A DNA stretch of 64,000 nucleotides from Nitrososphaeria archaeon. GTDB lineage: Archaea > Thermoproteota > Nitrososphaeria > JACIWG01. The notes below the pieces were generated by a model. The model had not been told where the DNA came from. It worked only from the letters and a program-made list of their open reading frames with translations, and searched no databases. This document shows, piece after piece, positions 48,884-58,779 of the stretch (position 1 is its first letter; every line of letters begins with the position of its first letter). Where the stretch lies: contig CAVVXT010000014.1 in the NCBI GenBank assembly GCA_963752255.1, positions 64,001-128,000 on the forward strand, given 5' to 3'. A program made the translations under genes and the position numbers.

Positions 48884-49492
48884 ATGTTTTCATCCCTGTT
48901 TGACATTGTCTTTAATCTCGCTAAGGCTGCAATAATACTCTTTATCATAGTTGACCCTCTTGGAAACATTCCCGTTTTCATGGGTTTGACTGAGAAGATG
49001 ACGGAGCTCCAAAAGAGGAAAGTGTTTGACGTAGCTACCCTAGTAGGCTTCATTCTTCTGCTCGTCTTCGCTTTTACTGGGCAAGAAATCTTCCTCATCT
49101 TCGGTATATCCATATATAGCTTTGAAGTTGCAGGAGGCATTCTTCTCTTGATAATATCGATTAGAATTTTGTTCTCTGGTGGCTTCCATGAAAACTTAGA
49201 ATCACCCGAAAGCGTCGGTGCTGTTCCAATAGCTATACCTCTTCTAGTTGGCCCAGGTGCGATTACCACGACTATACTCAACCTTCAAGCCTACGGTGTA
49301 ATCGTAACAGCCATGGCGGTGTTCGTTGTACTGATTCTCACATGGACTATTCTTAGATTCATCGGTTCTATCTACCGGTTCCTAGGCAAAACAGGATCGT
49401 TGGTTATAGCAAGGGTCATGTCGCTGTTTATAGCCGCGATAGCAGTCCAGTACATAATAATCGGGTTAGAACACTTCATTGTGGCCGCATAA
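48884..49492 (+). CDS. MarC family membrane protein
   Basis: DPLGNIPVF, AGGILL and VPIAIPLLVGPGAI. Confidence 0.92.
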   Translation: MFSSLFDIVFNLAKAAIILFIIVDPLGNIPVFMGLTEKMTELQKRKVFDVATLVGFILLLVFAFTGQEIFLIFGISIYSFEVAGGILLLIISIRILFSGGFHENLESPESVGAVPIAIPLLVGPGAITTTILNLQAYGVIVTAMAVFVVLILTWTILRFIGSIYRFLGKTGSLVIARVMSLFIAAIAVQYIIIGLEHFIVAA

Positions 49493-49677
49493 CTAGCATG
49501 GTAAACCTTCAATTTCACGATTAGTAGAATAAATGGGCGACTTCAGGTTGTCTAGCCTTCGATGGGGTGTTTAAGAAAGGCTTAAAGAAGCGTTTAAAGT
49601 TGCACAATTACAACATTATTTTTTTAGAAAAAAGGCGTAACCTTAAATATAGAATAGCATTGGAAAAGGGGGAGAAT

Positions 49678-49983
49678 ATGCCATCATCGGTTCCACAGCA
49701 GTGTCCCTACCAGTCTAGGTGTCGATTGATGAGTTGGTTCGTAGAAGGGAAGAGGGGGGAACGGCCAGACGGCTTCTACTATCTCACAGATGAGTACGTT
49801 CAAAAGATATGTAATACAAAAGAATGGCGTAGCTGTAGTGAACAATTCACTTACTGGAAAGAGGATAACGACAAAAGATTCACTGAAAAGAAGATCTGTG
49901 AAAAATGTGGCAAAAACGTGAAGTATGACCCTGTGGGAAAAGTCATGATAAGACACTGGTGTAAAAAGGCTAAGTTGCCATAA
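49678..49983 (+). CDS. Hypothetical Cys-rich metal-binding protein
   Basis: CPxxxxC...C..W..C plus CEKC...HWC; GGGGAG upstream of the ATG. Confidence 0.6.
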   Translation: MPSSVPQQCPYQSRCRLMSWFVEGKRGERPDGFYYLTDEYVQKICNTKEWRSCSEQFTYWKEDNDKRFTEKKICEKCGKNVKYDPVGKVMIRHWCKKAKLP

Positions 49984-50081
49984 ATGTGTAGAAGAAATTC
50001 TTTATTAACAATTGACAGTCTGTGTAATTCCCTTGAACGTGCAAAATGTATAAGCAACTAAAACTTAAATTTCTGCACTAA

Positions 50082-51239
50082 GTGATTACGGCCATGATAA
50101 GGGATATCAGAAACCAAACTAAAATTCTAGATCGGAAGGAAGCATCGGAACGCCTTAAAGGGGGGAGACTGTCGCCACACTTCTCCGCTGGTGTATGGTT
50201 CTTTTTTCCAGGCGCAATAAGATTCCATGAAGCATTCATCGAAAAGGGTGGGATAGAGGACGCACTACATATAATATCCCAAATGTACGATGAAAAATTG
50301 ATCGGTAACGATTTCGGATTGGAAGCTCATTACCCGAATGAGATAAATCCTAAGAACATAGACCTCTATAAAAAACTTCAGAAGGAAACTGGAATCAAGG
50401 TTGTTACGGTTGTACCCAACCTATTCTATGAAAAAAGGTTCGAACTAGGTTCTTTATCAAATCCTAATACTGAAAAGAGAAAAGAGGCAGTAGATAGGAC
50501 TATAGAAACCTTGAAGCTAAACAAAGAGTTAGATACGGAATTCATGGTGATCTGGCCAGGTGCAGACGGCTATGAAAACCCGTTTGGACAGGATTTCTTT
50601 GGTATGTGGGATAAATTTGAATCGGGATTAGCTAATGCAATGGATCAAGTTCCAGGGGTTAGAGTTGCCGTTGAACCTAAACCATATGAGCCTAGAGGAA
50701 ACAATATTTACAGAAACACTGCAAATGGATTACTTATGGCTAGGGATGTGGAAAAACGGTTAAAGGACCCTGAAAACAGAAAAATACTAGAGAAAGGGCA
50801 CGCTCTTGTAGCACTTAACCCTGAAATAGGGCATGTTCTTATGGGTCACGAAGATCTTGCGTATGCGGTTGCTTCTGTATTACGTGAAGGCAGACTTGCC
50901 CATATGCACTGGAACAGTCAACCATTGGGGAATTATGATCAAGACCTGAATGTTGGAGTGCTCTCTTTAAGTGAAGAGCTTTCGACGCTTTTTGTATTAA
51001 AGCTACAGGGGTATGATGGAAGGTTTGGTCTTGACATCAATCCAGAGAGAATGCCAGTTAAGACGGCTTTGATTTTGAATATGAACAGTGTTAGAACGCT
51101 CTGCGAAATCGTTGACAGCTTGGACAATGAAAGACTGCTTAGGGCAATGTATGATCCTGAAGGAAATAGGGGGGTAATAGAAGACGTATTGACGAAGGCA
51201 ATTTCAAAGAACCCTAAAAACCTTCTTCCCTTCAAATAG
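50082..51239 (+). CDS. Xylose isomerase-like sugar isomerase
   Basis: WPG.DG, EPKPYEPR, NPEIGH, NYDQDL and DINP metal-ligand motifs. Confidence 0.82.
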   Translation: MITAMIRDIRNQTKILDRKEASERLKGGRLSPHFSAGVWFFFPGAIRFHEAFIEKGGIEDALHIISQMYDEKLIGNDFGLEAHYPNEINPKNIDLYKKLQKETGIKVVTVVPNLFYEKRFELGSLSNPNTEKRKEAVDRTIETLKLNKELDTEFMVIWPGADGYENPFGQDFFGMWDKFESGLANAMDQVPGVRVAVEPKPYEPRGNNIYRNTANGLLMARDVEKRLKDPENRKILEKGHALVALNPEIGHVLMGHEDLAYAVASVLREGRLAHMHWNSQPLGNYDQDLNVGVLSLSEELSTLFVLKLQGYDGRFGLDINPERMPVKTALILNMNSVRTLCEIVDSLDNERLLRAMYDPEGNRGVIEDVLTKAISKNPKNLLPFK

Positions 51240-51345
51240 TACGGCTATAGTTTTAAACATTGGTGTCTTAGAAGAAGGATTTGATGCCCAGATAGGTGGG
51301 ATGTCCCAGCAAAAATTTATATCTATATACCAAGTATTAGGTTAA

Positions 51346-52216
51346 ATGTTGCAAAAGAGAGTATATGGAAGAACTGGCCGCTCTGTTACAGTTTTAACCT
51401 TGGGTGGAGCTGGCTTAGGAAAAATATCGCAAGAAGAAGCTGATGAAGCTATAGCCTTGGCATTAAATTATGGTATAAACATGATCGATGTCGCTCCCAG
51501 TTACCATGATGCAGAGTTGAGGCTAAAGAAGATGCTTCAAAAGCATAGAAACGAGTTCTTCTTGGCAGAGAAGACGCTAGAAAGAACGAAGGAAGGTGCT
51601 CGCAAAGAGCTTGAACACTCCTTGAAAAGGTTGGGTGTGAAGGATTTTGACCTGTACCAAATGCACGCAGTTGGAACAATGGAAGAGCTTGAAAAGACAA
51701 TGGGCAAAGATGGAGCACTTGAAGCTTTCAAGGAAGCAAAGGAAACCGGATTGATAAAGTACATAGGTTTAACCGGCCACGCCGACGTTAGAGTTCATCT
51801 TAAGGCTTTACAGATGTTCGATTTCGATGGATTGCTGCTTCCGATAAACGCGGCTGCTATGGCTCATCCTGCACCGGAGAACGATTTCAGACCGGTGTTA
51901 AAGGCTGCTCGAGACCATAATATTGGGATAACTGCGATAAAGGCTGTAAGCCGTAGAAGATACCCCGGGGAAAGGACATTCAATACATGGTACCTGCCAT
52001 CCAACACTAAAGAAGAAATTGAAATGTTTGTAAACTTCACACTCTTCTCAAGAAGGTGTGACAACATATTCCTTGGCCAGTGACATAAAACTGTGGCCTA
52101 TGATCCTAGAGGCGGGGAAAAAATTCGAGAAACTTGGTGAAAATGATCAGAAGAAGGTCGTAGAGTACGCAAGAAAAGAAGGCTGCAGGCCTTTGTTCCC
52201 TGGAAACTCCATTTAA
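51346..52216 (+). CDS. Aldo/keto reductase, +1 frameshift near 52045
   Basis: DVAPSY, DLYQMH and IGLTGH; continues SQEGVTTY...RPLFP in the next frame to TAA at 52216. Confidence 0.85.
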
Positions 52217-52290
52217 GTTGTTACCTTAAATTGAATCTCTTTAAATTTGATGCAAAAGGCTTTAAATTTGGATAAGGCATATTTCAGCGT

Positions 52291-52366
52291 GGGCCAGTGG
52301 TCTAGCTCGGCTTAAGACGACGCCCTTACACGGCGTAAATCCCAGGTTCGAATCCTGGCCGGCCCA
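52291..52366 (+). tRNA. tRNA-Val(TAC)
   Basis: ACGCC-CT TAC AC-GGCGT; one A.C mismatch in the acceptor stem. Confidence 0.92.
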
Positions 52367-52541
52367 CTTCTATTAGAATATTTATCGTCATAATCAAAGA
52401 AGTGACTATAAAATGACCACGGCTACCTATTGTGTTATTAGCTAAAAAACTCAAAGTTATTTCTGCCATTTTTGGATCAGATCTTGGTTCTAAGCTTTGC
52501 CGGCTACAATCATTAAAAGCTGTGCCTTGAAGGCTAGAATT

Positions 52542-53363
52542 TTAGCCGAAATATGTAGGTTCTCTTTCTTGATGACTTTGACTTTGGCTCTCCATGATGT
52601 CGTCGGATTGAGATTGATCTGTCGACTCGGTTTCAAGCTCAACTTTGAAGGACTCAGCCTTTTCCTTTAGGTCCTTTAGGTCAAGTTTTAAACCGATAAG
52701 CTGTGAAATCTTGTTAAGTATAACGTAAGTAGCTTTAGGATACAGTCCCTTAACGTAAACTGGGACCACACACCAGAGACTTACCACATCGATTTTCTTC
52801 TCCCCACCCTTCCAGAGCAACTCACTGTACACACTTGTGGGGCCCTCATAGTCTGTAAGTTCGAATCCAGCCTTTTCAAGTTCGGGAAGGAGCCCCTTAT
52901 TATTTGTTGAAGATGTTATCGGAGTTTCAACGCCCTGTGGGATATCTGCAAGATATCCTCCTATTGTATAAATCCTCTTTACATTCATTTCCTCAGCTAG
53001 CCTGAGAACGTTTTCCGTGTACTTCGACCAATTTAGGTGCGGTTCAAATCCAATTAGCAGTACCAAATCTCCTCCTCTTTCCTTATTTCTCCAATAGAAG
53101 AGGTCATTTCTGGGTTGAACGTATGACTTTATCAAGCCCTTCTGTGTCAAAACAATCGGTCTCTGAATCCAGTAATCATTAAACTTATCATGTGCAATCT
53201 CACCAAATTTCTTGGCGCCCAGCTTATCCACTAAATATTTAACAGTAAAAGTTGAAGTTTCCCCCGCATTCCCCCATCCATTCAAACCTATGATCATGTT
53301 AGCTTGTCGAGGACTAACCTTCTTATCTATCTTAATATCATCGTCCATGATATTCTCCATCAT
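52542..53363 (-). CDS. PAC2 family (proteasome assembly chaperone-like) protein
   Basis: GWGNAGE, RP, EPHLNW, YEGPT and VPVY. Confidence 0.85.
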   Translation of the reverse strand: MMENIMDDDIKIDKKVSPRQANMIIGLNGWGNAGETSTFTVKYLVDKLGAKKFGEIAHDKFNDYWIQRPIVLTQKGLIKSYVQPRNDLFYWRNKERGGDLVLLIGFEPHLNWSKYTENVLRLAEEMNVKRIYTIGGYLADIPQGVETPITSSTNNKGLLPELEKAGFELTDYEGPTSVYSELLWKGGEKKIDVVSLWCVVPVYVKGLYPKATYVILNKISQLIGLKLDLKDLKEKAESFKVELETESTDQSQSDDIMESQSQSHQEREPTYFG

Positions 53364-53652
53364 CGGCGTTAGGGAAGGAATTAAGGGTATCTATACGTTT
53401 TAGATGTCAATCTTGAGCTGTCAAAAATAATGATTTCAGTAAATATTTCAAAGTATTTTAAGTAAACGAACAAATTAAAAAATTCGATTTCCGGCTGAAG
53501 CACCTGGAAGATGAGTGCTCTTAAGAAGGGTGCAGAAGTCGAATGATATCTGGGAGTTCTTCTGAACATGATGTGCTTTCATAAATTGCTTCGATGATTG
53601 GCAAGAGTGTACAAAAATTTTATATTAGTCAGATTTCCCTTGCACCTATGAC

Positions 53653-53727
53653 GGGTCCATAGCTCAGTTTGGTTAGAGCGTTCGGCTGATAACCGAAAGG
53701 TCGCCAGTTCAAATCCGGCTGGACCCA
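53653..53727 (+). tRNA. tRNA-Ile(GAT)
   Basis: TTCGG-CT GAT AA-CCGAA; one A.C mismatch in the T stem. Confidence 0.92.
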
Positions 53728-54088
53728 CTAGAAGACACACTTTCTCCTCAAAAGGCACCCCATTCTGCGCTATTAAGCACTGGAATACTATCATCTAAAT
53801 CTTCACTTCTAAAAACTATTTACCTACCCCTCTTTTCCGCAAATTCGATGAAAGAGTATTGAACAGCATTAATTCAGGTTATGTTTTTAGCTCTCGAACC
53901 TAACGTGGCAGTCCAATTCCCTTCCAACATTTTTACCTTAAAAGAAGACCTCAAAAGTGCTAGTCGATATTCACTTTAACATTAATAGTATTGAATTATT
54001 ATCGAATTTAGTTTCTTAACATATAGTTTCAAACTTTTTAAGAACAAAGATTTATGTATAAATATGATAAACAGATTACCTAAAATGT

Positions 54089-54187
54089 GGGCCGATAGTT
54101 CAGGGGTAGAATGCACGGTTAAAAACTTCCAAAGAAGTTTTCCGGACTGCATCCGTGAGGTCGCGGGTTCAAATCCCGCTCGGTCCA
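54089..54187 (+). tRNA. tRNA-Ala(TGC) with 27-nt intron (54121-54147) at 33/34
   Basis: G3:U70; the BHB-like fold gives CACGG-TT|TGC AT-CCGTG after splicing. Confidence 0.88.
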
Positions 54188-54290
54188 CTTCCTCATAAGA
54201 CATTAATCCGTATGTTGAACCTTTTTTCTATAAAATTTAATGTAATTATATAAAGCTGTCATAGAGTCTTCTATCTGCGGGCCCCTTTCT

Positions 54291-54725
54291 ATGATATCAG
54301 TCTATATCGATGGCTTATGTAAACCGGTTAATCCTAATGGTGTTGCGACTTATGGATTCGTAGTATATGAAGATGGCAAGAAGGTATCACAGAAGTATGA
54401 TGTAGTGGGGGAGGGTGAAGGCATGTCCAATAATCTGGCTGAATACGCAGCTCTATGTAATGCGTTAAAACTTCTTATTGCATTGAATTTGAACAGAGAA
54501 AAGATACTGGTCAAATCGGATTCAAAGCTCTTAGTTAACCAGATGAATGGGCTATGGAAACACAATAAGGGTTACTACACTTCCAAATATAATGAATCAA
54601 AGGAAATAGTTAAACTGTTTAGGGATATACTTTTTAGTTGGATTCCAAGGGAGAAGAACGAAGAAGCTGACTCCCTTAGCGTGAAGGCGTATGAAGAATA
54701 TAGCATTAGACAAAATATGTGTTAA
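54291..54725 (+). CDS. rnhA: Ribonuclease HI
   Basis: YIDG...NP, SNNLAEY, SDSKLLVNQ and WIPREKNEEAD. Confidence 0.93.
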   Translation: MISVYIDGLCKPVNPNGVATYGFVVYEDGKKVSQKYDVVGEGEGMSNNLAEYAALCNALKLLIALNLNREKILVKSDSKLLVNQMNGLWKHNKGYYTSKYNESKEIVKLFRDILFSWIPREKNEEADSLSVKAYEEYSIRQNMC

Positions 54726-54776
54726 AAAACAATAAATGTTATAAGAAGCTCGACAAAATAACAGTTTGGATCCTAT

Positions 54777-57389
54777 TTGGAAACTATGCCCAAAAAGATC
54801 GTGAAAAGGGACGGTAGAGTAGTAGACTTTGATAAGAGGAGGATTGAGGATGCGATACGAAAAGCTATGGTGGGCGTGAACCGTTACGACACTGATACCC
54901 TTTCGAAGGTGATGGACTATGTTATTGGCGCTATTAATAGAAAATATTCTGGCGAAGTCCTGCCCCATGTTGAAGATGTGCAGGACATAGTAGAATTCGC
55001 GCTCGTCAAATACGATCTCTATGAAGTCGCCAAAGCCTACATCCTCTACAGGAAAGAGAGGGAGAGGATTAGGGAGGAGAAGATGATAATTCTCGAGAAA
55101 GACTATGTCGACGAAGTCGACAAGGCTTTTTCCTTGAACGCGATCAGGCTTATGGCCTCAAGATATCTCCTTAAAAACGAAAAGGGAAGGCTTGTCGAAG
55201 GGCCAAAGCAGGTCTTCCAAAGGATCGCAGTTCTTGTCGCAATACCCGACATTCTCTACGATCGGGAAGTCTTCGACAAGGAGAGTGGCCAACCTAAGCG
55301 TACAATAGAAGATTTTGACGTAGTTGCATGGGCTGGTAAGATTTCGATAGGGAATTTCAAATTAAATGAGCACCACCTTAAGAGAATGAAACTGCTCTAT
55401 GACGAGCTTAATCTTCAGGGTAAGATGAAAATAAGCTGGAGCGAGCTATGGAACAAGGTGTCCAAGGGTTTATTTAATAAATATGGTGAAAAAGCTGGCT
55501 CTTACTATAACCTTATAGTCGAAAAGAAGTTTTTGCCGAACTCACCGACATTGTTCAACGCAGGGGCGAGGCTCTCTCAACTTTCTGCCTGTTTCGTCTT
55601 AGACATCGAAGACAGTATGGTATCCATTATGGACGTTGCGAAGGAAGCCGCCATCATATTTCAAGGAGGAGGTGGTATTGGTATTAACTACAGCAGCTTA
55701 AGACCGGAGGGGGATGCTGTCCTCTCAACAGGTGGAATAGCAAGTGGACCCGTATCATTCATGAAAATAATAGACGTGATCACAGATGTAATCAAACAGG
55801 GTGGCAAAAGAAGGGGAGCGAACATGGGCATCCTAGAATCATGGCATCCTGATTTAGAAAAGTTCATTAATGCAAAGAATTCTGAGGGCATATTCTCAAA
55901 CTTCAACATATCCGTTATGATTACAGAAGATTTCTGGAAGTCTTACAACCAAGGAAGGCCTTATCCTCTTGTCAACCCAAGGGATAAAAATGTGTGGAAG
56001 GAAGTGGAATCTAAAAGTATTTTTAAACAAATGGCTGCAAACGCTTGGAAAACAGGTGATCCAGGTGCGCTCTTCAAAGACCACATTAATAAAAGAAACA
56101 TTCTGAAAAGCGCGCTTGGAGAAATAAATTCCACAAATCCTTGTGGTGAAGAACCGCTCTATCCTTATGAATCGTGCAATCTGGGTTCGATAAACCTTTA
56201 CGAATTCGTAAGATTTGGAGCGAAAGACGAAAAAGCGTTGTTCGACTGGGAAGGTCTGAGAAAAGCTGTTCAATTAGCCGTAAATTTTCTCGATAACATC
56301 ATAGACGTCAATAATTTTCCATTAGCAAGCATAGAGGTCGCCACAAAAGCTTCTAGGAAGATAGGGTTAGGTGTGATGGGTCTTGCCGACGCACTCTACG
56401 CTCTAAAAATAGTTTACAACAGCGAGGAAGGCTTCGCGTTTATGCGTAACGTCATGGAATACATCACATATTATGCTATGGAAGCTTCAGCGGCGCAGGC
56501 TTCTGAAAGAGGTCCTTTCCTACTGTACAGCCGATCTGCATACCCAAAAGGCGATATGCCCTTTGAAGGATTCTATCACAGGGAATGGTGGACGCAGGAT
56601 TGGGAAAAGCTGGCCAAATTTATTAAAGAAAACGGAATGAGAAACTCCGAAGTTACGACTATAGCTCCCACAGGCTCGATTTCGATGTTATTCGACATAT
56701 CATCTGGGGTAGAACCTCAGTATGCACTAGTTTATCAAAAGAAAGTTAGCGTTGGGCAGTTCTTTTATGTTGACCAAGAACTGGAAAGGCGGTTAAAGGA
56801 AATTAACGTCTTAGAAGACGAAATTCTCAAGAAGATATCCGATAATGGTGGGAGCCTGCAAGGTGTAAAGGATGTCCCAGATGATATTAGGAAAGTCTTC
56901 TTAGTAGCGTATGATGTTCCTTGGTGGGATCATCTAAGAGCGCAAGCTGAAATCTCGAAGTGGGTCTGTGCTGCTGTAAGCAAGACGATAAACATGCCGA
57001 ATTGGGTTTCTGCAGAAGACGTTGAGAAGGCATACCTCTTTGCCTACAAACTTGGTGTAAAAGGTGTGACCATATATAGGGACAGTTCCAAGAACGAGCA
57101 GGTTCTAATGACTCCAACACAGAAGGCAGGGGGGTACGTGGCAGGTGTTGAAAACATGACGCTAGATATGATGAAATCTATGGAGATATCTCTTCCAAAG
57201 ATCGAAGTAGCAACTGGAAAAAAACAAGAGGATCAGCAGTTCTTCTTGAAGCTACCCGACAGGTTCCAGAAGGTTGTGGGAACAGAAAAGTTCGAGAAAT
57301 GCCCAGAATGTGGCAGTAGAAACTTAGCCTACGGTGAAAAGTGTGCAAGGTGCCTAGAATGTGGGTGGGTGTCATGCTACATCGCGTAA
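54777..57389 (+). CDS. nrdJ: Class II (B12-dependent) ribonucleotide reductase with ATP-cone
   Basis: VKRDG ATP cone; PNSPTLFNAG, LSACF, TNPCGEE, IAPTGSIS and C-terminal Zn ribbon; no intein seen. Confidence 0.93.
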   Translation: METMPKKIVKRDGRVVDFDKRRIEDAIRKAMVGVNRYDTDTLSKVMDYVIGAINRKYSGEVLPHVEDVQDIVEFALVKYDLYEVAKAYILYRKERERIREEKMIILEKDYVDEVDKAFSLNAIRLMASRYLLKNEKGRLVEGPKQVFQRIAVLVAIPDILYDREVFDKESGQPKRTIEDFDVVAWAGKISIGNFKLNEHHLKRMKLLYDELNLQGKMKISWSELWNKVSKGLFNKYGEKAGSYYNLIVEKKFLPNSPTLFNAGARLSQLSACFVLDIEDSMVSIMDVAKEAAIIFQGGGGIGINYSSLRPEGDAVLSTGGIASGPVSFMKIIDVITDVIKQGGKRRGANMGILESWHPDLEKFINAKNSEGIFSNFNISVMITEDFWKSYNQGRPYPLVNPRDKNVWKEVESKSIFKQMAANAWKTGDPGALFKDHINKRNILKSALGEINSTNPCGEEPLYPYESCNLGSINLYEFVRFGAKDEKALFDWEGLRKAVQLAVNFLDNIIDVNNFPLASIEVATKASRKIGLGVMGLADALYALKIVYNSEEGFAFMRNVMEYITYYAMEASAAQASERGPFLLYSRSAYPKGDMPFEGFYHREWWTQDWEKLAKFIKENGMRNSEVTTIAPTGSISMLFDISSGVEPQYALVYQKKVSVGQFFYVDQELERRLKEINVLEDEILKKISDNGGSLQGVKDVPDDIRKVFLVAYDVPWWDHLRAQAEISKWVCAAVSKTINMPNWVSAEDVEKAYLFAYKLGVKGVTIYRDSSKNEQVLMTPTQKAGGYVAGVENMTLDMMKSMEISLPKIEVATGKKQEDQQFFLKLPDRFQKVVGTEKFEKCPECGSRNLAYGEKCARCLECGWVSCYIA

Positions 57390-57707
57390 TCTTAACAAAT
57401 TTTACAATATTTTTTTGGAAACAAACTTTTTCCAAAAAATCTGCAATGATTAACTATTAAGATTATGACATTAGGCCCTCCTTTCTAAGACTCTTTTCGC
57501 GTAATCCAACTTCTTTGAAAAGGAACATTTAGAGATTCGTGACATATTTTTTCTAACGCTTTATGTCATCATATCAGATAAGTGGAAATTTGTAACTATC
57601 TTCATTAATTTATGAATAACAATAATTTACATAATTTTCCCTTATTATGTTCCCTAATTTTTTAAAGAATGGAGTGGGAATAATCCAATTATCTTTAAGA
57701 TTCATTT

Positions 57708-58286
57708 TTATTGCTCCAGCTCATCGATTGTAATTTTAATGGCGCCTTTTGAAATCATTTCTTCAATCGCCCTTTGACTGTCTCCTGGGTTAACTTCTAC
57801 GCCTTTGATCGCATCGACTAAGAGATGGACTTTATATCCCATAGCTAGGCCATCAATTACTGTATTCTTGACGCAGTAATCGGTTGTCAATCCAGCTACA
57901 AATAGTTCTTTAATAGCATTCTTCCGTAACAAAGCATCCAAGCCGGTACCTTGGAAGACTGAGTACGCTTCCTTTTCCAGATTGTCAGCTTTAGAAATAA
58001 CTCGTACCTTCTTCGGAAGCCTTAGATTGGGATGAAATTCCGCACCCTTGGTGTTCTGTACGCAATGTTCAGGCCACATCCCGCCTCGCGACTTGAAAGA
58101 AATGTGATTTTTAGGGTGCCAGTCTCTAGAGGCAATTACAAGGGAGTTCGCTTTTTCGAACCTTTCGATATACCGGTTTACGGTCGGAATTATCTTGTCA
58201 CCTTCTGACACTGGAAGGGCTCCGCCTGGGCAAAAGTCGTTTTGGATGTCTGTAACTATTAATGCAGAATTCTTTAACACACGCAA
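57708..58286 (-). CDS. pncA: Nicotinamidase/pyrazinamidase
   Basis: DIQNDFCPGG, DWHP..H, WPEHC and GLTTDYCV. Confidence 0.93.
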   Translation of the reverse strand: MRVLKNSALIVTDIQNDFCPGGALPVSEGDKIIPTVNRYIERFEKANSLVIASRDWHPKNHISFKSRGGMWPEHCVQNTKGAEFHPNLRLPKKVRVISKADNLEKEAYSVFQGTGLDALLRKNAIKELFVAGLTTDYCVKNTVIDGLAMGYKVHLLVDAIKGVEVNPGDSQRAIEEMISKGAIKITIDELEQ

Positions 58287-58441
58287 GAAAACACCTGATA
58301 AAAAAGGGTTCGGAAAGCATTAAACTTTTCTCTTTAGTCCTTATTTTTTAACTATTTTTATCTATGGTTCATTTTCAGACGGTCACCTTTAATCTAAAAA
58401 GTTATTTGTAAAATTAATCGCAAAAGTTAAAGGTAGTTAAC

Positions 58442-58681
58442 GTGGATAACAGTATGCCGGGGTTCTACTTTATGGGGAAAGTGTTTAAACCAGAGGATGT
58501 AGTTAAGCGGAAAAAGGTAATCGAACAGGCTGTTCGGGACTTAGTTCCAGAGATCGGAGAGCCGGTAAAACAGATACTGGAGTCTTGGAAAGGTAAGGAA
58601 TCTGAAAGTAAGCTCATAAGGCTTTTAGGAGAGCAGCAAGCGAGACAAATTTTAAAGAAGGCTAAGGTAGAGGACAGATAA
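58442..58681 (+). CDS. Hypothetical helical protein
   Basis: 79-aa ORF with natural-looking amphipathic composition. Confidence 0.5.
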   Translation: MDNSMPGFYFMGKVFKPEDVVKRKKVIEQAVRDLVPEIGEPVKQILESWKGKESESKLIRLLGEQQARQILKKAKVEDR

Positions 58682-58779
58682 GGCATCTCATTTTATACTC
58701 TTATCTTTCGCTTCATTTAATGTTCAGGAATTAATAGAAGTTTATTATATCAACAAAATAGCAGGTATTCGACCTAGGT

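Noticed and set aside
53750-53940. Stop-interrupted minus-strand frame (INAVQYSFIEFAEKRG...) between tRNA-Ile and tRNA-Ala
   Set aside because: Looks like a decayed gene, but no family could be recognised
29077-54191. Identical ~30-nt 3' ends of tRNA-Ala(CGC) and tRNA-Ala(TGC), resembling attL/attR of a 25-kb element
   Set aside because: Both are complete isoacceptor genes, and the interval holds essential genes (pheST, trpS, 5S, SRP) and no intact integrase
54777-57389. Possible intein in the RNR insertion region
   Set aside because: No C/S...HN-C/S/T splice motifs; catalytic motifs are contiguous
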